Shown one piece after another: positions 1 to 12,719 of a stretch of 64,000 bases of DNA. Every line of letters starts with the position of its first letter. Position 1 is the first letter of the stretch. Below the pieces are notes generated by a model, which saw only the letters and a program-made list of their open reading frames with translations, ran no database searches and had not been told where the DNA came from. Both the position numbers and the translations under genes were made by a program. This DNA is from Haplodiscus bocki (Eukaryota), in assembly GCA_965655095.1 (NCBI GenBank), contig OZ296657.1, positions 7,688,001 through 7,752,000 of the forward strand, in the 5' to 3' direction.

Positions 1-1480
1 AATGAAAGATGAAAAAACTGGTGGTAGCCGCACGAAAATTACATCTCATAGTGGGAGACTGTTCGTTGGTTGATTATTTGATGTTTTGCAATCGGTAGTC
101 ATGACGAAAGGTCAGTTTTAGCAACGTGGAATAGCATTAATTATAGCACAGTTTGACCTTTCCTGATTCACAAAATTTCGATTGAAAACTCAAATGGTTG
201 ATGGTTTAAATAAAAGTGCTTCCATAGGCGAAAAATGATATTTGTCAACTTGATGGATCCAAAAACTGCCTGTAGTTGAGCCGATAGTCGAGATCGAATT
301 CCAAAGAAACTCAATATTAAAGACATTTTTTGGGATGGGTGACTTTTCAAGTTTTAGAGGCAGGAATAAAATTGATGATGGCCCAACCGTACAGCCACAG
401 TAAGTTCAGCATCGGGCTTTTGGTGCATGTATTCAAGTCGACGCTCTAGGAAATGGTGAGTTTGATCAACGCAGAAAATCAACTCTAAAAGCAATTTTTG
501 GCAACTTCTCTCTCTATCGGTATCCCAATGGAAGACGCAAACACTGTAACGAGGTCAGCAAAAAATCGACTGCAGGTTGAAATCTGTTAGTGAGGACCGT
601 GATCGATGAATCGAACCAGGGCTTAGACAGAAATTCAAATTGTGGAAAACGGAAAATCAAGACTCATGGCGGAGTTAGGCACTTTGAGTCCATCAGGATT
701 TCGATGTAATACGGGACATTCGTGACGTTTATCTCCGAAAAGTTTCAACAGGGAGGAAACTGTGAATTGGGTCATTGGTGGTTGTTTTGCAACCGGTAGT
801 AGTGGCTGAAAATGAGTTTGAAATCTAAAAAAATCAGCTTTAGGATCAAATTGTGGTATTTTTACTTCATCAATTTTCCGATGCACGCAATGTTATTGGT
901 GATCGGTATTTTCACAACGGCTTCCTAAAAACTTCAAATGATTGGGACCATAATGAATCCGAAAGAGTCAGTGGTTAACACGTAAACTCTCATTGTATCT
1001 CGCCAAAAAACATTATTAAAGTCAGGTTTGGCAGATTCAGCATATAAAGGGCCTTCATGGATGTAATGTAGCGATAGCTATGGCAGAATTTGAGTTCGAA
1101 CGTCGGGGAAAACTTTAACTAATAGCACTTTTTGGCGTTTCGGGCCAATGAAGTTTCCATTGCAAGACCAAAACTCGGTAGTAAGCACTTACCGAAACCT
1201 CTTCTTCAGCTAGAACACTGTAACACTGAGGGTGGAGACAATGATGTATGTAATCGAGCCGAGAAAAAGGAAACCATTAGTCTCGGTAAAATGAGAGTTT
1301 GAAAATCGAGTAAAGTCAACATATGTGACACTATTTTTGGTCGGCATTTCAGACTCCGACTTCATAAGGATCAATATCAATCTCTTGAATTTGCGTGGAA
1401 TGGTCTTCCAGGAGTAGAAGTTTTTCAACTGAGACTTTGGTAGAAGAAACCCGGCAGACAGTTTTGTAGATAAAGATATG
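1..1480 (-). pseudogene. Heavily decayed coding-like remnant, possibly an env-like ORF of an LTR retroelement
   Basis: Broken minus-strand frames give protein-like segments (YSVLAEEEVS-SAYYRV, GLAMETS, PQFDPKADFFRFQTHFQPLLP). No decisive motif; the env resemblance is from memory only. Confidence 0.2.
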
Positions 1481-2017
1481 ATTCAAATTCAATATTCAGT
1501 AGAATTTTGTTTGAGTATTTTGAAGTCAAAAAATTTCATAGAGCCCGGATGTTTCAAATTTGAAGAAAAAACACAAGATACCAAAAATGAAACAAAAACA
1601 TAAAACTAAGATTTCGATGTTTTCTGGGTAAATTTTTTGAAGTTAAACTTGGTGAAATAGCAAAATAGGTCGAGTAAAATTATGTCATTGTGGGGATCGA
1701 AAACGGGCTTTCTTATTCACCGTACGCCGGTGATTGACTGTCACTGTCGTTCACCAATAAACTATGGAGTATGGAGTCCAGCAATCGAGGCGATGAAAGT
1801 AAGCGAGAAGTTACTTGGCAAGATAACTTCGATCTAGCCAACGCGGGGAGAAAAAGTCTAAAAACTGAGGGAGCGATTTTCATTTCGAAATAAAGTAGGA
1901 CGGAAAAGAACAAGAGGTGCAATGGCACTGCCGTGTTTTTTTGTTGTCAGTGGCTAAAATATAACCTCGCAGAAAAAATCAAGAAAAACACAGGCACATT
2001 CCAAGAGGTTCATTGTA

Positions 2018-3480
2018 CAATGTAAAACTGGTGACTTTAAAATTACTTGCAAGCGCAAGTAACTTTACCTGCATTTCGCAGGTAAAAAAACCCCACACCC
2101 ATTTTGGCGGCGTTACATGCATTTTACATGTAAAAACAGGTATTTACACCTGCTTTTACGCAACAAGCACCTCATGCAGAGTACGCGCGAACTGCCTGCA
2201 GCTGCATGTTAGTTTAACTGACTACAACAAGTTTTTTACAGTTATTTTTACATGCGGAACTCATGAAAATTCGCCCGCGACTAGCATGCAAAATTCCCTG
2301 CACTTACAGGCAAAAATACATGCATTTTGAAGGCAAAAACACTAGAATTGCAGGTAGAAATGCCCGCCAAACTCAATAAAAAAACAGCAAACGCAAGCAA
2401 AAACACCCGCACAATCGCAGACAAAACGCTTGCAATTGCACACAACTTTACCTGCAATTACAGGCAATTTGCTAGCACACCACGGGTGAATTCACATGCG
2501 AGTTGCAGGTAAGTTAGCCTGCATCCTGCAAGTGAATTTACTCCCAAATTGCGTGCTTTATTACGTGCTATCACGTGTATTCTGCGTGGGGTGCTTGCCG
2601 CATAGAATCAGGTATAATTACCTATTTTACCCGGTAAACTGCGTATAATTCAGGTAAACTGCGTGTGGAGCCTTTTTACACGCGCTTTTCCGCATGTAAA
2701 AATTCCCGCTTTTCAGGTAATGCAATCGTGTCAAAAATATATGAAGACTTGCGGGAAAGCTAGAATGGAAGATGCGCAAAAAGAAGAAATAAAGTTGCAA
2801 TGTATTGGTTAAGCTCAGAAATCGATATTAGAAAATTTTATTGCTAAAAAGACAGGCAGAATTTGAAGAACACACCGGAGTACCCATCAAACTAGCTATC
2901 GAAAAGATTTGATGTTATCAAAAGACAGCAATTCATGCCAATTTCAGTCCATTCAGATATGAAGCTGACAAAATGGGGCATTATACAACCAAAAAACTGC
3001 AAAATCATTCCATTCGTTGTCGATTAACTTTTGGAATCCATTTGCAAACGTTTCCATTACACCGCAATACGAGAAAACTTCAACCTACAAGCTGATCGAC
3101 AAATGAAAAAAAAACTCGTTCCAATAAAATATGCAGCTACAATCACCAATACAGGGAAGTAAAAAAGCTGTCTCCAATTTGGTTCGTTTGTGTCTGAACA
3201 TCATGTGAGCACCAGGTCCAACACGTTTATACATCTCAAAAATTTCAAGTTGTTCATCGTCTGCGCAGGCCAGAAAAACCAACGAGTCAGTTCAATAACA
3301 GGCTGCATTCTATTAATTCAAAACACACATGTTACAGTACACAAAGTAGAACATCAAAAGAATGTTTTTTTGAAACTTGGAAAACGGACAATTAGTTTGT
3401 CAGGAAACATCAAAGAGTTTTTACCGCATTCGTTGCCGGAGTGCTGGACTGGAAAAAACCAAACAAAGGAAATAAAATTT
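2018..3480 (+). mobile_element. Diverged, truncated copy of the CACTGTAAAA-terminated non-autonomous DNA transposon family
   Basis: Starts CAATGTAAAACTGG. A ~700-bp GCAGGTAA/TTACCTGC-rich fold-back arm is followed by the internal segment also seen at 18905-19830 and, inverted, at 7130-7975. Confidence 0.8.
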
Positions 3481-4239
3481 CTTGGGACTGGTAAGACTGT
3501 TCATTTTGCACAGGATATAACACCTGACTTTCTCATTGTTCCCTTCTTTCAACTTTTTTTTGGATCAGAATCTTATGTGTTTTTTATTATACCTCAATAA
3601 GATCCCTTTTTTACGTCGTTTTGGCTCAGATTTTGTTTCCACGAGCTTGAGCCTTGACTTTTTAACATCAAAACGAAATTTCATCGCCCTTTTGCTGCTT
3701 CAGTTCTGGAAAACGTAACAAAGGTCCCGCCAAAACTTTGTTGTCAGCTTTTACTACTGATAGGTCACTACTTGTTTGGGCATTTGGATGGTCGAACTGG
3801 TAATGAAAATTTTCCGGATAAAAAACAACCCATTCTTCCCTTTAGCAGTAATCTAAATTCACAAATTCAGCACTGTTAATTTTCATGTAAAATGCATGCT
3901 TTTATGTAATTTAAGCGACACTCAAGACCAAATCCTATTTTTGCTTGACAGAGTTCCTTCACTTGATAAATGTGAAAAAGGTGAAAAAGTGACACCAGCT
4001 AGTTTCCGATCCTGCTGGCGATAGCAAAGTTTTCAGCAAGAAGCTGTTTTTTGGATAATAAGTTGAACAACCAACAATAATTAGTCCACCTTTTTCGGAA
4101 CAGAATCAGTTTATATGGTTTTACCATTAACTACAAAGGCAGCAAGTGGTTACTTTGGTCAAATTGTTTGCTACTGGATAATAGGAAACATCCTTAGGTT
4201 TAATAACATCAGCGCTGACATGTACAAAAAGGCTTCACA

Positions 4240-4560
4240 TTGAAGTTTACTGCTGTGAACAGTGTTTTTAGGCTGTTTCTTTGGTTAAAAATACTTCTAA
4301 GCCTACACTGTAAAACTGGTGCGTGAAAATTTACATGCGATGGCCGCGGGTGCAGGTATGTTTCCGCCAGCTACCTGCGGAAACCACAGGCAATCGTTAC
4401 CTGCGGAGACTTCTGCATCCGCAGGTAATTTTACCTGCGGAACAGTTTACCGGCGGCCATCGCATGTAAATTTTCACGCACCAGTTTTACAGTGTAGGCT
4501 TAGAAGTATTTTTAACCAAAGAAACAGCCTAAAAACACTGTTCACAGCAGTAAACTTCAA
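4240..4560. repeat. Perfect inverted repeat with 108-bp arms (4240-4347 / 4453-4560)
   Basis: Arms checked base by base as exact reverse complements; 105-bp spacer. Confidence 0.95.
4306..4494. mobile_element. 189-bp MITE with CACTGTAAAACTGG termini and flanking TA
   Basis: ta|CACTGTAAAACTGGTGCGTG...CACGCACCAGTTTTACAGTG|ta, with perfect 42-bp terminal inverted repeats. CAC termini with a 2-bp duplication fit animal CMC/EnSpm-like elements (superfamily inferred). Confidence 0.85.
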
Positions 4561-5411
4561 ATATGGTGCAGGTAAAAGTGCCTTTGGCGGCCCCAGGTTA
4601 ATGCTTCCTCAGGTAAAGTTACCTGCGCCTACAGGTAGAATATCCCTCATGATATATTTACCTGCGGTTTCCGCAGGTCAGCTGCGAATGTTTACGTGTA
4701 GCCTCTTAGGCAAATATTCCACGCATCTCTCTAAGAAATTACTGAAACGTAGTCAAGGGCATTTAGGGACTATAAATACAGATTTTAAATGTCAAATCAA
4801 AAACTCAATTCCTTGTACCTGTTTCTAATTTCCAGAATGCTTACCTAATCTAATTTATTTCTTTGATAGTTTTCGCAGAAACCTCATGTTTATATCACAC
4901 AGGACTGTTTCTACTTGAAAACTTAACCTGCAAAAGCTATTTTGTAGAGTCAAACTTCAGAATTTTTTCAAGTTCTTCTACCCTCACGTAGTTTCTAGGA
5001 GAAAGGTTTTCTCGAAGTTCCCTTCCTAAAGCGCAAGGTTGTACGAGCTACTTTGACTGTTGTCACGAACCATTTGCAAATCGCGGACTAGTCACAAGTC
5101 TTGGAAAACTGATTAAAGTCTAGTTTTTTTAAAAATTTGCGAAAAGCCTGCGGTTCACCTGATTTTCTGGCGAATTTACTTTCTACAGGCATATCTCAGA
5201 TAGAATTACCTGCACCGCAGGCAAGCTCATGTAACCCACAGGTAAACTACATGTAAGCCTCCGGACGTCCTACATGCCTGCAGTGGGGGATAAAAATACC
5301 TGCAAGTGCAGGCACCGCAGACAAGTCGCATATGGGGCCAAAATACTTGCGGTCCGCAGATAAATTTTGCTGCTTTTTTGATACAAATTTACCTGCGCCG
5401 TTTTTACAGCG
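4561..5411. mobile_element. Related GCAGGTAA-motif element with an intact right end and a lost left end
   Basis: Ends TTACCTGCGCCGTTTTTACAGCG|ta. The left side begins ATATGGTGCAGGTAAA directly after the palindrome arm. Confidence 0.55.
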
Positions 5412-6790
5412 TAGCACGGGTATCGTAAATTGTGAAAATGCTAGTGAAAGGATTATTTGGAGAGCAAAACAACGAATTACCGCTAACTTTAATTGATTCT
5501 TGGCTGACTTAAAGTGCTGGAGGTACCATTTGGGACGCAACTAATTAGGCTCACAGAAAGTTTGGAAGGCAAAACAGCAAAAAAAATTCGGAACCATCAA
5601 TAACTTTTTTCTCGGTCCATTTTTTAAACAAAATACATCAATGAAGACTACTTTTAAATCTAAGAAACTCTCATTTATGATTTTTTTCAAATTAAAAAAA
5701 TTGTTAGCAAAATTTGGACATGAGTGTTGACTGTTACTGAAAAAAACTGACAGTTACTTTAGTCAGCTAGTGTAACACTTTTTGCGGCAATGTTCAGTTG
5801 GCAAGTGGTTCAGAAGAAAATTTATTTATTTTGAACGTCTCTATGTACACTCTTTGGTGTAACTGATCTGACTTAATGTTATCTCGTTCACGTCTGAATG
5901 AGGCATTTCCCCCAAACGTATTAAAATTGCAGAACTGTAGGAATCAAATTTTGTTCCTTTTCATGAATGTATCCATGCTTTCTAGGAAGGACTGCATGTG
6001 CTAGGTATTCCAATGATTGCATAAGCTATCTGAACAATACATTCATAGGTCATGTTTGTATTTTCACAACTGTTTACAAACCATGGATGAACTCTTACAA
6101 CCGGGGCTTACCACCATACAAAAAACATGGAAATCATAGAAAGTCATATATGGTGATCTATAAGAAAAATGAAAGTCATAAAAAGACCATAGAAGTTTAT
6201 AGTAACATGCAAATCATATAAAGACCATACTAATGTATGATTCCATGCAAGTCATACACTGTACCATATTATGCTCATAGTATGGAAGAGCATGCAAAAA
6301 TTTTATCAGATTATGATAACGTATTCTAGTGAACAAAACTTTGACTTCAAATACTCATGGAAAACTTTACATTAAAGTGTAAAGTTCAAAACTTCTGGCA
6401 ATAATATGACTGAAGAACATAATAAATGCCATTTACGTTCATTTTAGGTCGTCTAAAATTTAAAATGAGATTTAGTAAAATCCCATTCTTGAAAAGTATA
6501 GTCTACACTGATGTACTGTTGGACAAACTATGACAAAGGTTTAAGTCATTCTTTTCTAGCACATACGCGGAAGTTAAACTCTGAAAGTTGCTGGCGGGCT
6601 CTCCCCATAGCTCTTGAATTTGCCCGGACCTTTGAATTACTCGGAAATATGAAAATAAGAAATTGGGAAATTGGAAGTTGTTTGTCGAGAAAAAGTTCAT
6701 GAAAAACATGAAAATCTTTGGATGACGATACAAATTAACATGAAAGTCACTAACTGGCCATGCAAATTTCTGGCTAACAAGCTTTCCATA

Positions 6791-8681
6791 CACTGTAAAA
6801 CTGGCGCGTGCAAAAATACCTGCGAAGGCCGCAGGTAAACTGATCCGCAGGTAAAAATACCTGCAGATGCAGGCAAAAATCTCCGCAGATACTGATTGCC
6901 TGCGGTTTCTGCGCGTAACTGGCGGAAATTTACCTGCGCCCGCAGGTATTTCACATGAAGTTTTTATTGTTCGCGTCCGTGCGGATTTTTTCAAACCTCG
7001 GGACGTTTCCTTTTATCCAGTTGGAAACACCTTGACCAAAGTAACCATTTGTTGCCTTTGAAGTCAACGGTGAACCCTTCAAGTTTGATTTTGTTCCAAA
7101 ATTGCTGAATTGTTCCTTGCTGGCTCTTCAAACCGTTATCCAAAAACCGTTGTCTTTTGATGTACTAATTCGTATGCTGCATTCTTTGTGGTTTGAAAGA
7201 TGTTAATGGAGCCTGTTAATGCACCTGCTCGTTGGTGGCCCTGTGCGTGCCTGAAATGTGTTTCTAGCCGGCGAAGACTAGAAAAAACCTTGAACTTTTT
7301 GAGATGCATACATGTCATTGACCTGGTGCTCAAATATGGTTCAGACATAAATGAAGGAAACTGGTTACAGCTTCTCTTTTACTTCATTGTATTGATTGGT
7401 ATAGTTGCCCCCGTTATTGGAATGAGTTTTTTCTCAGCTGTGTTTCAGGTTTTAGATTGAAGTTTTCTCGTATTGCATTTTGATGGAAACGTTTGCATTT
7501 GGATTCCAGAAATGATTTGGCCACGAATGGATTCATTTTGGGGTTTTTTGTTGGGAAATGGCTTCTTTCGTCGACTTCATATCTGTATGGACTGAAATCT
7601 GCAAGAATTGCTCAACTTTTTTCTTTTCTGACGACATCAAATTTTTTCAATTTTTAATTTGATGGGTATTCTGGTCTGTTCTTTAAAAAAGCTAGTTCTT
7701 TTTAGCCATAGGAATCTGTAATATCGATTGATAAACTTTAGGATTGAAATGCAACCTTATTTTCTATCTTTTTGTGTCTTCCAGCCTTTTTTCTTGGAAG
7801 TAGTGGTGAAACTCTTTGATTACTTCTGAGAACCAAATGGTCTGTTTTCCAAGTTTTGTGTTAGCTGTCTTTTGATGTTCTACTTCATATACTGTAATAA
7901 TTGTGCTTTGCTTCCTATGTTTGTGCGTCTTCCCTTCGAGCTTTCCCGCAAATAATGATAGGTTTTCGACAAGATTGCATTACCTGCGACGCAGGTAACT
8001 TTACATGCAGTTCGCAGGTAAAAAGAGCCCTCGCGCAGTTTACCTGCGTTACATGCAGTTTACCGTAAATACAGGTAAGTTTACCTGCTTCGAGGCGGCA
8101 AGCACCTCACGCAGAATACACGCGATAGCAGTTAATAAAGCACGCAAGTTGCAGGTAACTTCACCTGCATGATGCAGGCTAACTTACTTGCAATTTTCAG
8201 GTGAACTTACCCGCGGTATGATGGCAGATTGCCTGCAATTGCAGGTAATTCTGCGTGGAATTGCAGGTTTTTTTGCCTGCGATTGTGCGGGTATTTTTTC
8301 CTGCGTTTGCAGTTATTTTTGCCTGCGTTTGGCAGGTATTTTTACTTGCGATTCCAGTGTTTTTGCCTGTAAGTTGCATGTATTTTTGCCTGCAGAAGCA
8401 GGCAATTTTGCATGCTAGTCGCGGGCAAATTTGCATGAGTTCCGCATGTAAAACTACCTGTAAAATACCTGTGGTATTCAGATAAATTTATATGCGCCCG
8501 CAGGCAATGCGCGTGTGTTCTGTGCGAGGTGCTTGCCGCCTCGAAGCAGGTAAATTTACCTGTTTTTACAGGTAAACTGCATTTAACGCAGGTAAACTGC
8601 GCGAGGGACCTTTTTACCTGCGAACTGCATGTAAAGTTACCTGCGTTTGCAGGCAATTTTGCACGCGCCAGTTTTACAGTG
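6791..8681 (-). mobile_element. Complete 1.9-kb non-autonomous DNA transposon with CACTGTAAAACTGGCGCGTGCAAAA TIRs and TA duplication
   Basis: ta|CACTGTAAAACTGGCGCGTGCAAAA at 6791 and TTTTGCACGCGCCAGTTTTACAGTG|ta ending at 8681. 7975-8681 is a fold-back arm closely matching the reverse complement of 18199-18905. Confidence 0.9.
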
Positions 8682-9004
8682 TACTATGGCCATAGAAAAA
8701 AAACAGGAAACTCATGATATTAGATATTACCATAAGTTTTTTTGTATGGAAGTTTACGGTGCATAGTATGATTTGCATGTCAGGTCAACCCGGGAAGTCA
8801 TATTAAAGCTGCTGCATCTGTGGACCCGTTGTAGTTTATGCATTTCTGAATATCACGCACTCCCATTTATATCCTAAAAAGAAAGCCTTTTTAATCTGTG
8901 TGAAGTATTCAAGCGTCTCAGAAAAGAACAATGTACTACAATTTCTAAATCTCAAATTTATCATTTCATATATTTGGGATCCACAACAAATTCCTATTTT
9001 CTTC

Positions 9005-9742
9005 TCAGGCAAGGGGCTCCGGGAGGCAAGATAAATCCAACATTCGGGGCGAATTGAAATCCCCACTCGAAAGAAGCGCCGGAATAACTTCCCCGTTTTC
9101 AATGCATATTCCCGGCTGAATAGTTTTCAACCCTAAATTGTTCTTCAGGCTCTGCCTTCTTTGTGATTCTTCTATCTGATTGGCCACAAAATTGGCGGGA
9201 ATTCTCTGGATAAACGCCCGGGTTTCTAAACTATGTGAACTAAGCTCTAAATCTTCTTCCGACAACTGACCGCCTTTCATGATTCTCTCGTGGGAGTCTC
9301 GCAGCCAATCAGAATTGTTAGATTGGTTCAGCGACGTCTGCGAGCATGCTAGCCAATCAGAAGGTACTACAGATTCAGAATCCAAATTTTCTAAAGCTGG
9401 GAAACTGTTTGCCTCCAAAGGGACCAAATTTCTAGGTGACGGACTCCAGTTTAAAGGTGGCTCGATTTTGGAACCTCTAACCGACAAAACCTTATAAGAA
9501 TCGTCTAGAGAAGCAGCTGTAACATTGTTTGCTATGACATAATTTTGTTCCGTTACTTGATTGGGCCACGAATTGTCAGCTGCCGGCAGCCAGTCAGTTT
9601 GTTCTAAGGACTCCACCAAACCCGAGTTACTTTGCGGTGGCGAAATATCAAAAAACAGATCGTCGATTTGAGACAAAATATCTTCGTCGGTTGGCGGTAT
9701 CATTAGACAATCTTCCTCTGTGACCAGCGTTTCTTCTCTTTC
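9005..9742 (-). CDS. foxJ1: FoxJ1-like transcription factor, exon 5 (last coding exon, acidic/Ser-rich)
   Basis: Acceptor ttttttttcag|GAA AGA GAA (phase 0) is in frame with the 232-aa ORF to TGA at 9005 and matches the phase-0 donor of exon 4. Confidence 0.75.
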   Translation of the reverse strand, partial: EREETLVTEEDCLMIPPTDEDILSQIDDLFFDISPPQSNSGLVESLEQTDWLPAADNSWPNQVTEQNYVIANNVTAASLDDSYKVLSVRGSKIEPPLNWSPSPRNLVPLEANSFPALENLDSESVVPSDWLACSQTSLNQSNNSDWLRDSHERIMKGGQLSEEDLELSSHSLETRAFIQRIPANFVANQIEESQRRQSLKNNLGLKTIQPGICIENGEVIPALLSSGDFNSPRMLDLSCLPEPLA

Positions 9743-10043
9743 CTGAAAAAAAACAATTATTACCTAATGTTACTAACAGTTGAGTTATATCTAAAACATG
9801 ATAGGATACTCAAATTTTAAAGGCGATTAGGCAAAAATTATCACTTGAAATGTTACGATACTTGTAATCTAACCAGCTAATCAATCATTAAGTGGCAAAA
9901 AATTTGACATTTCAATAACTTACGAGGAAAAATAACAGTCAGAAATCTACATATCCAAGCTTTACACTTGTTATAATTGAATCATTAAATCAAATAATTT
10001 AAAAAAACAGATAGCCTAGTTAAAAAATTACAAAAATATTAAC

Positions 10044-10761
10044 CTCGTATAAGTCTCTAGACAAAAAGGGCACCATGGAAACGGCACAAGAAGACAACAG
10101 ACTATCGGCTGCTTTCATAGACTTCGAAGAACTTCCTCGTCCACCCATGTTGACAGCTAAGGGGGGCAGACTGCAATTAACTGTCTGTGACGCAATCAAT
10201 GATGTGTCATGCAAAGGCGCCGAGAAGGCCCCTTGCTCTGATGATCTAACTGGATCTGCCCTCGAAGTTGTAATAACTTGCGTGCTAGTCGGGGTCACTT
10301 TAAGGTCATTGGCTCCTGAGTTTGACCCAACAGATGTCAACAAAGTTGTTGACTTAGCGACGGGTTTGTACTGATTCAAAAGTTTCATTTCAGACCCAGC
10401 TTCCTGTTTGATGAACTCTTGACCTTGCGGGTCAACAGGAGAGGTTATAGAATTGTTAGCATTCCCGAGAGTTCTATTTGTGTTGTTCATATTGGCTTTT
10501 CTGGGGTTTTGAACCACGTGATATATTTGGTGACCTTGAGTTTGAACTTGACCTTGAAGTTGATTTTGGATTTGACCTGTGATGTAAGGCCCTGAGGAGT
10601 TTGACCTTCTGGCTAAGGTTACACCTGAAGACGCGTTTCCGGCGTCGGGCACGCACTGTTTCCTCTTACTTCTTGCCGGTGGGGCGCTCTGGCTCACAAT
10701 CGCGGCTCCAGATTGTTGGTGCAAAACTGTATTCGGGTCCAGCATTGTCGACGGGGTGAAC
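10044..10761 (-). CDS. foxJ1: FoxJ1-like transcription factor, exon 4 (Ser/Gln/Asn-rich)
   Basis: Acceptor tttcttttgtgcag|G TTC is phase 2, matching the exon 3 donor. Donor GAG|gttaat. Lies in a 256-aa ORF. The link to exon 3 across 22.7 kb is inferred from phase and strand. Confidence 0.7.
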
Positions 10762-11157
10762 CTGCACAAAAGAAAATGAAATTTTGTCAATCAAACATTA
10801 ATAAAACTCATACCAGCGACAAACTTCGACAGAGCTATCAATCATTTTTGTGTCGAGCCCAAAAAAGTATAATTGAAGCGGTAGATATTTACAGATATTT
10901 ACATGTTGATATTTACAATGTGATGTGAGAATCGAACAAACAAATCTGTGCATTTTTTGGGGCTTCAACTTCATTTCTGATGCAAGCCACTTGATTTTGA
11001 AATTGAAAGTAAGTTGCTTAGTCTTCTATTCTTGCTAAGTAAATAAGAAAAGCAATTGTGTTTATAATTTATAATTGTAACATATAAGATTTCTTCGGTC
11101 GTAATGATTTATCAATTTACGGTATTCCGAATATAGCGCAGTCTGTTGTTTACAAAC

Positions 11158-12050
11158 ATGTATATAAACAAGTTTCTGAGTTTAGATTTTGTTTCTTCTA
11201 GTTCAGTACGGTTGCATAACCGGATTAACGGAGTTCACTGTATGACACTTAGTATCAGTTTTAACTTTCACAGGACTGATTTGTTGTCAAACTCTACCTA
11301 ACATCATCTTTTTTGACACCAGTGCATGGTTTCATTTTTGTAGTAAGTGGAGGCGAACCTGCGAATAACTATCCTTTTTTCGTTCTCATAATGCGGATTC
11401 ACGAAAGCGGTGGAGGAACGATTATCGCAAAAATGCAATTTTAACTGCTGCTAACTGTTTGCATGATCAAAAAGACAAGCGGTTAGCAAAGAATGGTACC
11501 TATAATAAGGAACTTTTCCTTCTTCATCCTCCAAAATAACTGGTTTTTAACATCCTATTTCTGTGACCATTTTATAGCTCATTAATTTTAAGCTCCTGAC
11601 CTGTATGGTAAGGTTCGTTCTTACGATGTAGCGATTTCAAACCTAACCGATGTTCCGAAATCCATGTTGACACAAGGGCTCATGTACGGATGTTTCTTTG
11701 GCTTGGGACTAAACAATCAAAATCCAGAGACGAAATCGGAAAAGTTGATGGAAAGTGCTTGCTGGCAACTTGTGGTTTATACAAGTTGTGTATCAAAACT
11801 TGTGGTTTACACAACAGGGGACATGGCGTCATTGTTGAAGGACTCCAAGTCTGCTATAGTTTTCGTGGATCAGCAGCATGCATTGGTTATACAGGTGTGC
11901 CGATTGTGGGCACAAAATGTCGCCAAACACGATGTTTGATTGGTTTACGGTTATAATTATGAACAGTGTGATCATCTGAACTACCCTAACGTGATCACTT
12001 ACGTTGGGGGGTTTGAAACGAGGAAACAGAAACACCTTATCCACCTGTAA
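11158..12050 (+). pseudogene. Frameshifted trypsin-like serine protease homolog, paralog of 17156-17873
   Basis: Near-identical start GGCGAACCTGCGAATAACTATCC. Has LTAANC and ACIGYTGVP, frameshifts, deletions and a ~30-bp internal duplication. Possible leader exon 11158-11239 (phase 1) joins acceptor tttttgtag|TA AGT GGA GGC at 11344. Confidence 0.8.
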
Positions 12051-12719
12051 TTTCTGTCGAGTTCCATCTTTTTTGGATGGAGAAAAGTTCGAAAGAAGTT
12101 CATTTTGTTTCTTTTGCAATTTAAATAAATTCATAGGTCGAATGGAGACTTTGACAGCCAAAAAGGCGACGGAAACATAAGGACGTATATTGGAGCAAGT
12201 ACTTCGCCAGCAAAAGATCTGAGTTGGAGCTTCAATTTTTCCAAAAAACTTGCATTTTCTGCATTTTCCACCAAAAAAACCGTTACAATGGTCATGGGTA
12301 ACAAAACTTTTTTTAACCACCGTCTAGGAACTTTTGATTATTCCTGGAAATTTAACTGCAAAATTTCATCCGCAGACCAGATAAGGTAATGATTTTCGAC
12401 CAGATCCAAAATGTTACACTATGTTTAATTGTATACGATTGATTCATTGATCCGGCTATCAACCGTTACGGATCTGACTGAAGAAAACGTATTTACAGAT
12501 TATTTTTGAAAAACATTGATAAACTGTGATTTGAGTTTTATGCTTAAACCGATCTTGGCCATAAGTTGATTTAACTCAGTAAAAGAAGACACAACAGAAC
12601 ATACAAAAAATTGTTTTCACTTTGTAAATTAGAATAGCAAGGTTCTAACACCAACTATTCTCTAAAATTTTCTTCATAATTGCACCGAACAACTACGGAA
12701 GTAAATGACTGAAGTCCAA

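Noticed and set aside
8188-8717. Overlapping ORFs on both strands, also at 2013-2512, 4319-4828, 6503-7061 and 18224-18904
   Set aside because: They arise from the stop-poor palindromic GCAGGTAA repeat; no domain signal.
5975-8792. CATG/CATA-rich element ending TCAACCCGGG around the 6791-8681 insertion
   Set aside because: No matching left terminus or target duplication could be placed.
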